Below, piece after piece: positions 12,270 to 23,037 of a DNA stretch of 64,000 nucleotides. This stretch comes from an uncultured Gemmatimonadaceae bacterium (lineage in GTDB: Bacteria; Gemmatimonadota; Gemmatimonadetes; Gemmatimonadales; Gemmatimonadaceae). The stretch's first letter is position 1. Every line of letters begins with the position of its first letter. Below the pieces are notes generated by a model. The model did no database searches. It was given only the letters and a program-made list of their open reading frames with translations, and had not been told where the DNA came from. Position numbers and translations under genes: made by a program. The stretch is taken from NCBI GenBank assembly GCA_963716745.1, contig OY970320.1:3168001-3232000 (forward strand), in the 5' to 3' direction.

Positions 12270-12688
12270 GCCAGCGCGGCATTTCGCGGAGGTCGAGATC
12301 CAGGTGCAGTTCTACGACGTGGATGCGCTCCAAGTGGTGTGGCATGGCCACTACGCGAAATACTTCGAGGACGCGCGCTGTGCGCTGATGGATGGCATCG
12401 GATACGGCTACGCGCAGATGCGCGATTCCGGATTCGCGTGGCCGGTGATCGATCTCCATGTGCGCTACGCGCAGCCCGCAGTCCTCGGCCAACGGATCAT
12501 CGTGCGCGCCGAGCTCGTGGAATGGGAGCAGCGGCTGCGGATCGAGTATCGTCATCACCGACGCGGCGAGCGGAGCGCGGCTGAGCAAGGGGAGCACGAC
12601 GCAGGTCGCGGTGAGCATGGAGACGCAGGAGATGTGCTTCGTGTCGCCGCCGATCCTGTTCGAGAGACTCGGGCTCCCGTCCGCATGA
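12262..12688 (+). CDS. Acyl-CoA thioesterase, 4HBT/YbgC family (ApeK-like), frameshift near 12550
   Basis: QFYDVDALQVVWHGHYAKYFEDAR; tail GSTTQVAVSMETQEMCFVSP. Confidence 0.88.
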
Positions 12689-13299
12689 CGCGAGCGTCCG
12701 CGACGGCCATCGCGCTGTGCGTCGTCGCCGCGCGAATCCCGGCGCAAGACAGCGTGGCGCTCGCGCGGATCCAGCGGCAGCTCGCCTCGCCGTCCATTTT
12801 CTGTGGAACGTTCGAACAGAGCAAAGCGCTGGTGGGGGTGAAGCAGCCCGTGAAGTCCTCCGGCCGTTTCTGCGTTTCCGCGGGGAAGGGAATCCTCTGG
12901 CGCACGCTGCGGCCCTTCGCGACTTCGCTGCTGGTCACGCGCGAAGGGATCACCGAGTCGCGCGCCGGCGAGGCGCCGCAGCGGCTGTCGGCGCAGCAGG
13001 AGCCCGGTGTGCGCGCGATCAATGATCTGCTGTTCTCCCTGTTCGGCGGCGATCTGAGCCGGCTCGCCGCGAGCTTCGCGGTGTCCGCCAAGACCGACGG
13101 CGCGAATTGGAGCGCGGCGCTCTCGCCGCGCACGGCGGGCATGCGCGCGACGATCGCGGGGATCGAACTGCAGGGCGGTGCATACGTGCGGCGCATCGCG
13201 CTTCACGATGCCGGCGGCGACGTGACGGTCATCGTCTTCTCCGGCATCGCGACCGGCGCCGCGGCAATGCAACCGGAGGAGGCACGCGAGCTTGAGTAG
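12685..13299 (+). CDS. LolA-like outer membrane lipoprotein carrier (ApeL-like)
   Basis: Signal peptide, GTFEQSKAL..SSGRF..GILWRTLRPF. Confidence 0.82.
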   Translation: MTRASATAIALCVVAARIPAQDSVALARIQRQLASPSIFCGTFEQSKALVGVKQPVKSSGRFCVSAGKGILWRTLRPFATSLLVTREGITESRAGEAPQRLSAQQEPGVRAINDLLFSLFGGDLSRLAASFAVSAKTDGANWSAALSPRTAGMRATIAGIELQGGAYVRRIALHDAGGDVTVIVFSGIATGAAAMQPEEARELE

Positions 13300-15676
13300 C
13301 GCATCCCCCGGTCTGCGCCGCTGGCTCGCGTTGGGCTGGTTGGGGGTCGTAGTTGTTCGCGCTCGCGCACGTGCTGTGGTTCTCGCTCATCGAGCGGCGT
13401 TCGCTCGAGACGAACATCCTCGCGCTCCTCCCCGCGCCGGAGCGCGATCTCGCGCTGCAGGAGGCGCTGAACAAGGTATCCGCTCTCGGACAGTCGCGCG
13501 TGATCGTGCTCGTCGGCGCTCGCGATTGGGACGCGGCGCGACGGGCCGCCGATGCGTATCGGCGCGTGGTCGCCGCTCACCCCGAATGGCTGAGCCTCGA
13601 ACACGCCGACGACAGCGGCCGGAGTGACGCGCTCGCCCCGTGGTGGATGCATCGTGCGGGTTTGCTCACGGCTGCCGATCGGCGCGCGCTCACCGAGCGT
13701 ACGAGCGAGGATTGGGCGGGCGCGGCGCTGAGCGATCTCTCGAGTCCTTTGGCTGTTGGGCGCATGGGCAACTGGCGGGACGACCCCTTCGGCCTCTTCC
13801 GCCGTTGGTTGCTCGCGCGCGCGCAGGAGACACCCGCGCGGCCGGTGGACGGCGAACTGCAGGTGGTGGACAGCGGGATCTCCTACGTCGTGCTCACGAT
13901 GCGGCTCGCGGCCCCGTCGTTCGCCATCCGCGCACAACGCGAGATCGTCCCAGTACTCGACGCGGCGCGTGATTCGGCGCGCGCCGCCGAGCTGAATATC
14001 CGCGTGATGACCGCCGGCGTGATCCTCTTCGCTCACGATGCGGCTCAGACGGCGCAGCGGGAGATGGCGATCATCGGGTGGGGATCGATCGCCGGGATCC
14101 TCCTCCTGCTGTGGGTCACCTTCCGTTCCCTCGCGCCGCTCGTTCTGGTCGGCCTCTCGCTCGCGGTCGGACTCGTGGGCGCGCTCTCGGTTAGCGGGCT
14201 CGTCTTCGATCGGATCCATCTGATCACGCTCGTGTTCGGCGCGAGCTTGCTCGGTGTCGCGCAGGACTACGGAGTGCTCTACTTCTCACACCGGATCGGC
14301 GATGCGGGCAAGGGCGACGCGATGATGCGCGCACTGCTGCCCGCGCTGCTGTTCGCGGTGGGCACGACCGCACTCGGCTACCTCGGTCTCGCGTTGACAC
14401 CGTTCCCGGGGCTCCGCCAAATGGCGGTCTTCTCGATCGCGGGATTGTTCTTCGCGTGGATCACCGTGGTGCTGTGGTTCCCCTGGCTCGATCGTCGCCC
14501 GCCGGGCGAGACGGCGGCGGCGAAGTGGCTCGGACGCTCCATCACGCGCTGGCCCTCCGCGCGGCGAGCCGGTTCGGTCGGAGCGATCGTCGTGATCGGC
14601 GGCATCATCGTGGTCGCCATCGGACTTTCGCGCGTCACCTTCGATGATGACATCCGCCTGCTGGTGAACGCACCGGCCACGCTCGTCGATGAGCAACGCG
14701 AGGTAGCGCGCATTATGCGCGTCGCGGCGCCAGCGCAATTCCTGCTCATGCATGCTCCCGATGCCGAGACGCTGCTGGAGCGCGAAGAGGCGGTGCGCGT
14801 GCCGCTCGACAGTCTCGCCGCGACCGGAGCGCTCGCGGGCTATAACGCCGTATCGCTGTGGGTACCATCGCACAGAGCACAGGCGACGGACCGGTGCGCT
14901 CGCCGATGCGCGGCTATACCGTGTGGGCGGCGCGCTTGACCTGCTTTCGTCGCGTTTGGGAGAGCGGCAGGTCGTGGGCCGACAGTGTACGACGCGAGGT
15001 CGCCGCCACCAACGGCGACGTCACGATCGATGCGTGGCTCGCGAGCCCGATCTCCGAATGCGGGGCGTCATCGCTGGCTCGGGCGCATTGGCGATGACTG
15101 GGTCAGCGTGGTCGATCTCGAGGGAGTGAACGCCGCCAACGTCGCGCGATTGCGCGCGATCGCCTCCACGGTTGCCGGGGCGCAGTGGATCGACAACGTC
15201 GCCGCGCAGTCTGCTCTGCTAGGGCGTTACCGGCGGCAGATGCTCGGCGTGGTCATCGTCAGCTTCGTGCTGCTTTGGGGCGTGCTGCTGCCACGCTATG
15301 GACGCCGGGCTTGGCGCGTGCTCGCGCCAACGGGCGACGGGGATCCTCTTCACAGTGGCGGTGCTCGGCGATGATCGGGCAGCCGGTGCAACTCATGCAC
15401 GTGCTGGCCCTGCTGTTGCTCCTCGGCATGGGCGTGGACTACGGGATCTTCCTCGAGGAGGCGCACGGCGCGAGACGCGCGCGCGGATGGCTGGCCGTGG
15501 TGCTCGCCTCGACGAGCGCACTGCTCTCCTTCGGCCTGCTCGGTTTGAGCGCGACGCCCGCGTTGCACTTCTTCGGAGTGACGATGCTCATCGGCATCAC
15601 GAGCATCGCGCTCCTCACGCCGCTGTTCTCCCCGTCCGAGGACGGAGGCGTGACGGTTAAGGGACGGGGTGATTGA
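13292..15676 (+). CDS. MMPL/RND-family exporter (ApeM-like), several frameshifts
   Basis: LETNILALLP, TLVFGASLLGVAQDY, PFPGLRQMAVFS, LLLGMGVDYGIF, LSATPALHFFG. Confidence 0.88.
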
Positions 15677-15745
15677 CTCTGGAAGTTGCCTGGTCGTCCC
15701 TCAGCGGGGATCGATGATTTCTACCTTTTGCGCTGGGGGAATACG

Positions 15746-16268
15746 TTGAGAGTGAGACTTGCGACTGCCGCTATGGTTGCTATCGGAATCATGGGGTGCA
15801 CTGCCACGTATCATGTGAATAGTCTGTCGGGAACGGGGAAAGTCACCCTCGACCCGGCATTGGGCGTGTATGTGGCCGTACCCGCGGACGGCACCTATGA
15901 GACGAAGACCTACGCCGGCTCCGGACAGTCAGCGGCAACGGCGGTAGCCATCGCATTCGGCAAGAAGGCGGCGACGCTCCACGTTGCCGCGAGTGTGCAA
16001 CCGCTGGACAGCACCATGGCGGCCGCGCGGGCACTTAACGTCGGGTACGTCGTAATTCCTACGGTCGCACATTGGGAACAAAGAGCGACGGAGTGGTCCG
16101 GAAAGCCTAGCGAATGAGATTCGACTCGAGATACTCGACGCGAAGACCGGGCATCAGCTTGCGGCGGCGTCGATCGAAGGGGAGAGCCGGACGATGACCC
16201 TAACGTCCACAAGCCCTGAGTCCTTGCTAGAGGACCCGCTGGACAGCTACGTCGCGACTCTCTATTAG
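15746..16268 (+). CDS. DUF4823-like lipoprotein, frameshifted after about 16110
   Basis: GGGGA RBS then TTG; lipobox IMGC; WEQRATEWSGKP motif; tail SPESLLEDPLDSYVATLY*. Confidence 0.65.
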
Positions 16269-16281
16269 CGAGTCGTGAGTT

Positions 16282-16954
16282 CTATTGCGTCGCCCGCCTT
16301 AACGAGTCCACGCGCGGCGGGCCGCTGTCGCGTTCCCAAACGAGACTGAGCGCGACACCCGGCCGGACTTCGGTGTGATACCAACCGGCTGCAGGCGCGG
16401 GCGCTTCAATGAGCGATCCATCGACGACCAAGGCGCCAGTCGCGCCGGCCGGTGAACCGAGCTCAGCGGCGAGCTTGATCAGCGCCTCGCGCCCGGTCCA
16501 CAGGCGATAGAACGCGGAGGTCATCAATGGCTGGCGGATGAGCCACGAATGCTCGTCAGCGCCGAATGTCAGCGAACTGATGGCGATGAGATCGCGTGTC
16601 GCATCCATGCACTCGACATCGAGCCCGATCGCGATACTCGGGTGCACTGCACATGCGATCCAATCGCCGCTATGCGAGAGACTGAACTTCGGCACGAAAC
16701 CATGCCGGTGCCGTCACCTGCGCGCGCCCATCGGCGTGACTCGTGATATCGAGCGAGGCTGGTTCGCAGTCCATCGCGTGCGCCGCCGCGCGGCGGAGCA
16801 GCGCGCGGCCGAGCGTGAATTGCTCCTGGCGCTCGGGCCGCCGGAAGGCGGCATGTCGCGCGCGATCCTCCGGCGAGAGCTGCCGCTCCGCGGCCGCGAG
16901 CGCACTGCACGCGACGTCGCGTCGGTCGAGCAGATAGACGACGGGACCGGTCAC
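16282..16954 (-). CDS. Sfp-type 4'-phosphopantetheinyl transferase, frameshift near 16695
   Basis: LSPEDRAR..FTLGRALLR, FSLSHSGDW, IGLDVE, FYRLWTGREALIK. Confidence 0.85.
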
Positions 16955-17737
16955 GCGGAGCACCTGCGACGGATGGCGGCATATGAACGGAGTCTCGATC
17001 ACCCGCGATCTCCCGCAAGATCCATTGCCACCGCGCAACTTCAAGCAGTTCTCGGGAAGCATGCTGAAGTCGCCTGAGCGGATGCTTTTGATTCATGGAG
17101 TTTCGCTGTGCGTGTAGGAATAAGTGTGCGCCACTAACCACGGATTTCTTGTGAGCGCCGAATACGGAGTCCTGTCGGCGGAGCAGGGAACGCATTCGCG
17201 CGGGGATCGCTGGCGTCTCCGCGGCGGGCATTAGCCCTGCGGAGTGGAACGGCCCTGTCACACTCCTTTGATAGCGTTCTTGCGTAACTGCTGGGAGACG
17301 TCAGGCCAATTCACGCTAGAAAACTCCAATCTCATGCGGCTTGCATTTAGCTATTAAGTTGACGAATGTGATATACCTGACAGTCACGCGCTCCCAGGGA
17401 GCCGGCGCGAAGAGAATCCTTCGAACCTCCTCCGCATGTACCCCTTACGCATGCATCCACGCGTTTCGCCAGTGCCTTCTCCTGCTCCGTGTGCCTCGCT
17501 CAGGACTGCGTCCCGGTCTCGTGTGAATCGCCGGTGCGCGAGAGGACTGTCGACACCCGGCTCGTCGAGACATTGGGGAACTGCGCTTCGCGCCACGCCC
17601 TACCGCAGTCCGCGGCTTTGGATCGCTGGTCCGGATCGGGGGCACGTGCTTAGGCCCCTCGATCGCCGCAAGCCTGGAATCAGCGCGCGGTCGCGCGGTC
17701 GCGATTGCCTCGTGTCAAGACGCAGTCGAGTAACCGC

Positions 17738-18418
17738 ATGACGAACTCGCTCCGTCGGATCACGGTAGTTCTGGTCGACGACAATCAGCTCGTGCGCGAA
17801 GGTATCGCCTCACTAGTTACGAGTGTGCCCGGTTTTGAGGTTGTGGGCGCATCCGGAGATGTGGAGGACACACTCCTCAAGATTCCAGTCGTCCTCCCGG
17901 ACATTGTCTTGCTCGACTACGGTCTTTCCGACCGCAATAGTCTGACTGTGACCTCGAATATTCATGCTGACGTGCCAGCATTGAAGATCATTCTCATGGG
18001 CTTGCTTCCCCTGTTCGATGAATTCGCAGCCTACCTTGATGCGGGAGCGACTGCATTTATCGCGAAGGACGCGTCGTTCGAGGAATTCCTCGCTTCACTG
18101 CAAAGCGTGGCGAAGGGGCAGGAATCCTCACTGAATCGGATGAAGACTTCAGTCTTTGAGCGCGCCGCGGCCCTCGCAGCGAGCAAGCCCCCACCCGACG
18201 TCCTCGGAGCGATCCGACTCACGAGCCGAGAGCGTGAGGTAATTGATCTGCTGAAGGAGGGGCTCAGCAATCGAGAGATCGCGAGTCGTCTCAATCTCGC
18301 CATTCACACGGTGAAGAGTCACGTGCACAACATCCTTGAAAAGCTCGCCCTTAGGAGCCGTCTAGAAGTTGTCGCCTACTCGCACTCTGTGGGCAAGTCC
18401 GACGGATCGATGGCTTAG
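17738..18418 (+). CDS. NarL/LuxR-family response regulator (orphan)
   Basis: VVLVDDNQLVREG, DIVLLD receiver domain; LTSREREVIDLLKEGLSNREIA..TVKSHVHNILEKL HTH. Confidence 0.92.
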   Translation: MTNSLRRITVVLVDDNQLVREGIASLVTSVPGFEVVGASGDVEDTLLKIPVVLPDIVLLDYGLSDRNSLTVTSNIHADVPALKIILMGLLPLFDEFAAYLDAGATAFIAKDASFEEFLASLQSVAKGQESSLNRMKTSVFERAAALAASKPPPDVLGAIRLTSREREVIDLLKEGLSNREIASRLNLAIHTVKSHVHNILEKLALRSRLEVVAYSHSVGKSDGSMA

Positions 18419-18884
18419 ATTCTCTCGCTGTTGCGCGCCTGTCGCGCGGCGCGCGGATGAGGGCGACGTGCCGTAAGTCTTTGCTCGCTCGGATGAGCGA
18501 ACTGGGACGCCGCTCTACGAGGCTCGATCGTGCTGCGTAGATCGTCGTCCTTGATCTGCTCCTGAGGTTCGCCACCTGCTCGCTCCGGACGAGAACGTCC
18601 GGTTATGGCTCCCGAACCTTTACGCTTGCGGCGAGCGTTCGGCGCCGAATTACGAATGCGCGATAGACGCTCGGAGCGCACCAGTCGACGCGCATTGCGA
18701 TTGATGAAGGGAGCTCTGATTCGATATCGCTCCTTGGGCTGAGAGGCGCCCAAGTCAACCGTTAGAGCGATTGTAGGCTCGTTCCTGCGAGCATAGACTG
18801 CTGACCAGCAGAAGGTCGAGTCACGCAGTTTGCGAACTCTCCTAGGCGATCGAGTGTCGACCGACACCATTCGCGGGACCTCTT

Positions 18885-19340
18885 ATGCCTCAATTGCGAT
18901 TGTGGTTAGTGCCTCTCGGACGTGCCATACAGGCCAACGAGGACGCAACTCCTCTCACCGCTGACGCGTGGCCGGTTCGCGCGCACGGCAGCTATGTGAA
19001 TGCGCGTCTCGTGCGAGCTCCATGCTCGATAGTGGCGCTTCTCGTTGATGCGGGCGACATAGCGCGGCTTTCGGCAGCGGCAGCGTCTCAGGGCGCGATC
19101 GGTATACGAAGTTGGAACGAGATGGCTACTGATGCGCGCGTGCCGGACCTCACCGATTTCCAACTCTGCCTCAGCGACTCGCGGGATAGTACCGCGATCT
19201 TGGCGGACGAAGCCGCCGGTGCGTTGCTAACGATACACGGGACACCAACGATTGTGATTAATGGCCGTCTCTTTGAGGGCGCGCTGTCGCCGGTCGATCT
19301 CGAGAAGGAGGTGCAGCGGGCGCTGGCTCGCAAAAGCTGA
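18885..19340 (+). CDS. DsbA/thioredoxin-like protein, C-terminal part only; 5' portion unreadable or degraded
   Basis: FQLCL..IHGTPTIVINGRLFEGALS cis-Pro motif; no CxxC recoverable. Confidence 0.55.
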   Translation: MPQLRLWLVPLGRAIQANEDATPLTADAWPVRAHGSYVNARLVRAPCSIVALLVDAGDIARLSAAAASQGAIGIRSWNEMATDARVPDLTDFQLCLSDSRDSTAILADEAAGALLTIHGTPTIVINGRLFEGALSPVDLEKEVQRALARKS

Positions 19341-19438
19341 TCGACCCTACTGACGAACATCAATAGCACGACTTCCACCGCTCGCCGCAATTCGCCATAG
19401 AATGTGATACATCACCGAACCTGAGGCTTAGGTTGAAA

Positions 19439-19922
19439 ATGATAGACACAGGAGTCGGCGTTTAGGTCGCTAGTCGCGCGGGGTGGCGGCATTAGTCCAG
19501 TGCACGCCATTCCAGGCCTCCCAGCTACCAGTTGACGCTGTGGGGCGATCCGATTGCCTGCCGGTCGCGTCGACTGAACGGTCGCCTTTGATCGTGACGC
19601 ATGAGGGCATTCAGTCGCTACTCTCACGCGATTACCCGGCCGCATTCAACTGGACTCGGGAGTTGCGAGTTGGTACTGGTTCGTCCTCAGTCCTGAACTC
19701 GAGGTCGTGGCAACAAGATCGACGTCTGCGGGCGAAACGATTCCAAAGGGGGTCGACGTTCAGCGAGCCTTTCCAGCAGTTGCTGGCGTGACCACGGCGC
19801 AAGTGCAGCTCTGGAATGAGCCACTCGGCGATCGTCACACGGATGTGGTGGTGGTCCTCCTTCGGAGCAGTGACCAACAGGCCACCGCGGCCTGCAGCTC
19901 GCACACGAGCGCGGTGCGGTAG
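19439..19922 (+). CDS. Hypothetical protein, frameshifted
   Basis: Overlapping ORFs 19483-19791 and 19707-19922 appear joinable (..SLLSRDYPAAF../..WYWFVLSPELEVVATRS..); no family recognised. Confidence 0.35.
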
Positions 19923-20038
19923 AGGAATTGCTGCTGCTTGAGGAATTCGCGGCGCGACGCAGATCAGCGACTCTGCGTCGATTGCCGCGAACGCTCGCCG
20001 GCTGTAGTCGTAGAGCCGTGCCTTAGCTGGAGAAGAGC

Positions 20039-22469
20039 ATGAGGGAGCAATCCGAGCCTGGCCGCTGGGTCACAGCTTTGCAGGATTTCCGGTTCGTTCT
20101 CAGAATGAGCCGCCGTGCACCAGCGTCAGCTATCGCGATCGTGCTCACGATTGCGACTGGAGTCGGCGTAAACACAGTTTTGTTCGACGTGGTCGATCGC
20201 CTCCTCTTGCGCTCTCCACCCGGAATCAGCTCTCCCGAGAGCGTCTTTCATCTCGAGCTTTGCCGGAGACCAGCCTGCCGAGTTCTTCACATCCTACCCC
20301 CGCTTCCTCGACCTGCGAAGCGGTGTGCACGCTTTCACGTCAATTGCAGCCACGGGTAGGATCGATCTGTCGCTCGGGATTGGCGCAGCGTCTCGAATGG
20401 CGCACATCGAGATCGTGACCGCAAGCTATTTCAACGTCTTGAATGCGAAGCCGACCATGGGCGATTCTTCGCCTCGAACGAGGACCGGTTCGGAGGGGAG
20501 CGTGTCACTGATACTGCCTTCGGCGCCTTGCGGGCGAGTCTCGCGCGGGCGACGGAGTGCGTGCAGAGCGCCGTACGAGCATTGGTGTGGCGCCCATGGG
20601 ATTCGCTGGCATTGACATTGAGAAGACGGATGCTTGGATTCCTTTCAGCGTCGGCGCTGCTTACCACAGCGGCAGCGAATGGTATTCCGATGAACGCTCT
20701 GCATGGTATGAGGTGGTCGCCAGAGTTGGGCCTAATCATCCGCGTCCCAAGCTGCCGTCCAAAGCACGATTGTCGAACGCCGCGGGATGGCACATCGTCC
20801 TTGGCTAGGCGCGAAGCCAAGAGTGACTCCGTGCCCATCGCCGGTTCGCGCTTCGCAGACGGATCGACGAGCATTCGTGCCAGGGTCGCGGCTTGGCTGT
20901 TTGGCGTGTCGTTCGCCGTGCTGCTGATTGCTGTCGCGAACGTCGGCAACCTTGTCGTTGCACGAACGATTCGGCGACGAAGAGAGCTCGGAATTCGCGT
21001 AGCCCTTGGCGCGACCCGCGCGCGAATCGCGCAGATATTCCTCATAGAGGGACTCGCGCTAAGCATTACAGGTTGGTTTGTGGCTCTGGCAATCGCATCT
21101 GGCGGCACAATGTTGGTTCGGCGCATGCTTCTGCCCGACGTGGAGTGGGGCAGTGTATTTCTCGGCCATCGCGCGTCATTGTTCGCCGCTGCCGCAGCGG
21201 TGGTGATCGGAATCTCGTCGGACTACTGCCCTAGCCCGCCTGGGGTTGTCCGAGTTTACGTCCCTGCTCGGTGGATCAATACACGAGCGAGCCGTCGAAG
21301 CGACAATCTACGCCGCGGCCTTGTCTTACTTCAGGCGAGTCTCGTGGCTGCGCTACTGGTGGGCGCGGGCCTGTTCTCGCGAAGCCTTCAGCAGATTCGC
21401 ATTCTCGATCTGGGCTTTTCCGTGGATCGCCTTCTGATCGCCACCATACAATCACGATGGGATTCATGTCAAGCAATTAGACCAAGTTCTGCGGCGCACT
21501 CAGGGCATCTTCAGGGCACATCCGGCGTGGATGCAACAAGTCTCTCACTTTACTGCCCCTTTCACGTGGAATATTTCGATGCCCGTCCACCTTCCTGGCG
21601 TGCGGGGCACCGCCGTTATTGGAGGGACGCGCGCAATTGGCAACGGAATCTCCGCGGATTTTTTTGGGGCACTTGGTATCCTGCTCCGTGGAGGTCGCGG
21701 CTTCGCGCGCGGTGACGTGGTAGGAGCGCCGCTTGTCGCAGTTGTGAATGAGAAGATGGCTTCTACTCTGTGGCCCGGTGAGAATGCGATCGGCCGCTGC
21801 GTCCTTTTCAGGGCCGACACAACGTGTTCGACAGTAGTCGGCGTTGTGGCGGACACTCGGCTTCGAGCACTTCACGAAGAACAAGAGGCACAGTTCTACG
21901 TACCGCTCGAGCAACGCGCCGATCTATTCACGGCTACCACTCTCATGGTTCGTACCTCCGGTGAACCGTCTCAAGTCATCGCGATGGTACGGCGTGCCTT
22001 CTTCCAGGTCGATCCGACCCTCGTGGGCGTGGACGTGCGCACAATGCGCCGACAGCTTGAGCCACTGATCCGCCCCTGGCGGCTGTCGGCGACATCTTCG
22101 ACCTACAGGACCACTCGCCATGGCAGTAGCCGCGATTGGATTGTATGGATTGGTCGCTTATGGCGTGACCAACCGCGCCGGAGAGTCTCCGTGCGCGCAG
22201 CGCTGGGCGCTTCACCAGCGAAGCTCGTCCTTCTCGCGTCTCGCGAAGCCGTGCTATTGACGCTCCTAGGAATTCTAATTGGTTTCGGTGTCGCGGTCTC
22301 CGTGGGGGGTGAGGTGGGGCCATTGCTGTTCGACGTGTCGCCGTGGGACCCAGTGGTGTACGCGCAGGTCGCCGCTTGCATGCTCGGTATCGCGGTGCTT
22401 GCGGCAGCGGGTCCCTCTTGGCGCGCCTCGCACACGAATCCGAGTACAGCGTTGCGGGCTGAATCCTAG
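20039..22469 (+). CDS. ADOP-family duplicated MacB/FtsX-like ABC permease, many frameshifts
   Basis: QDFRFVLR..LTIATGVGVNT..VDRLLLR, LLIAVANVGNL..RRRELGIRVALGA, LLVGAGLFSRSL, LFDVSPWDP..PSTALRAE. Confidence 0.88.
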
Positions 22470-22815
22470 CCCAAAAGAAACGTCCGCGCTCTCGCCCGGG
22501 CAGCGTAATGAGGGACGTTGGTTCCAATTTGTCGGACCGTCTTCCTCAACGAGTTGAGGTGTAATGGATGAATTCCCGCCGGCTGCGGGTGAGACAAAGA
22601 TACGGGTCTCAACTGTCACAACTCCTGCTGCTACGTGATCACATTCGTGAATTCAACGACTGGCGCCGAGGCGGATTATGCGTTGCCCTAGCGACATCTG
22701 AAACTGGTACTGCCCAGCGCGCTGACTGAGAAGGCGGTCCTAAGCGGGCCGAAATCTGGCAGGATCGTGGCTCGTGGTGCGCCGCAGAGAACCGGGCAGG
22801 GATGGCCAGTCCCCC

Positions 22816-22845
22816 AAGAAAGAGCCCGCACTCGCGCGCGGGCTC
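22816..22845 (-). terminator. Probable intrinsic terminator downstream of tRNA-Ser
   Basis: Minus strand GAGCCCGC-N8-GCGGGCTC followed by TTTCTT. Confidence 0.55.
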
Positions 22846-22856
22846 AGACTTGCTGA

Positions 22857-22945
22857 CGGAGCGGGAGGGATTCGAACCCCCGGAACCCTTGCGGGTCCTC
22901 CAGTTTTCAAGACTGGCGCAATAAACCAGACTCTGCCACCGCTCC
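22857..22945 (-). tRNA. tRNA-Ser (anticodon UGA), long variable arm, CCA not encoded
   Basis: Reverse complement GGAGCGG..CCAGT-CTTGAAA-ACTGG..GGTTCGAATCC..CCGCTCCG. Confidence 0.95.
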
Positions 22946-23037
22946 TGTGTACCATACGCTATACGCGCCGTCTGTTGCAGTAGACGCTAGACACGCCTCC
23001 AGTACTACTCCCGCTAACGCACTCGTATTGCTCGCCG

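Larger units (their letters stand above)
15690..22850. mobile_element. Putative degraded genomic island abutting the tRNA-Ser 3' end
   Basis: Visibly AT-richer sequence, long intergenic gaps and accessory genes; no integrase or att duplication seen; left boundary uncertain. Confidence 0.4.

Noticed and set aside
12085..13299. Thioesterase-LolA fusion ORF
   Set aside because: The thioesterase C-terminus is in another frame ending at 12688, overlapping the LolA ATG; indel artefact
17415..17436. TTCGAACCTCCTCCGC as a possible att duplication of the tRNA-Ser 3' end
   Set aside because: Short, mismatched and in the wrong orientation for a direct repeat
18420..19340. Selenocysteine (UxxC) version of the DsbA-like protein
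   Set aside because: The 5' region is too corrupted to recover an active-site frame or SECIS; unsupported
22857..22945. tRNA-Sec, given the long variable arm and nearby selA
   Set aside because: The anticodon is UGA (reads UCA, Ser), not UCA, and the acceptor stem is a normal 7 bp
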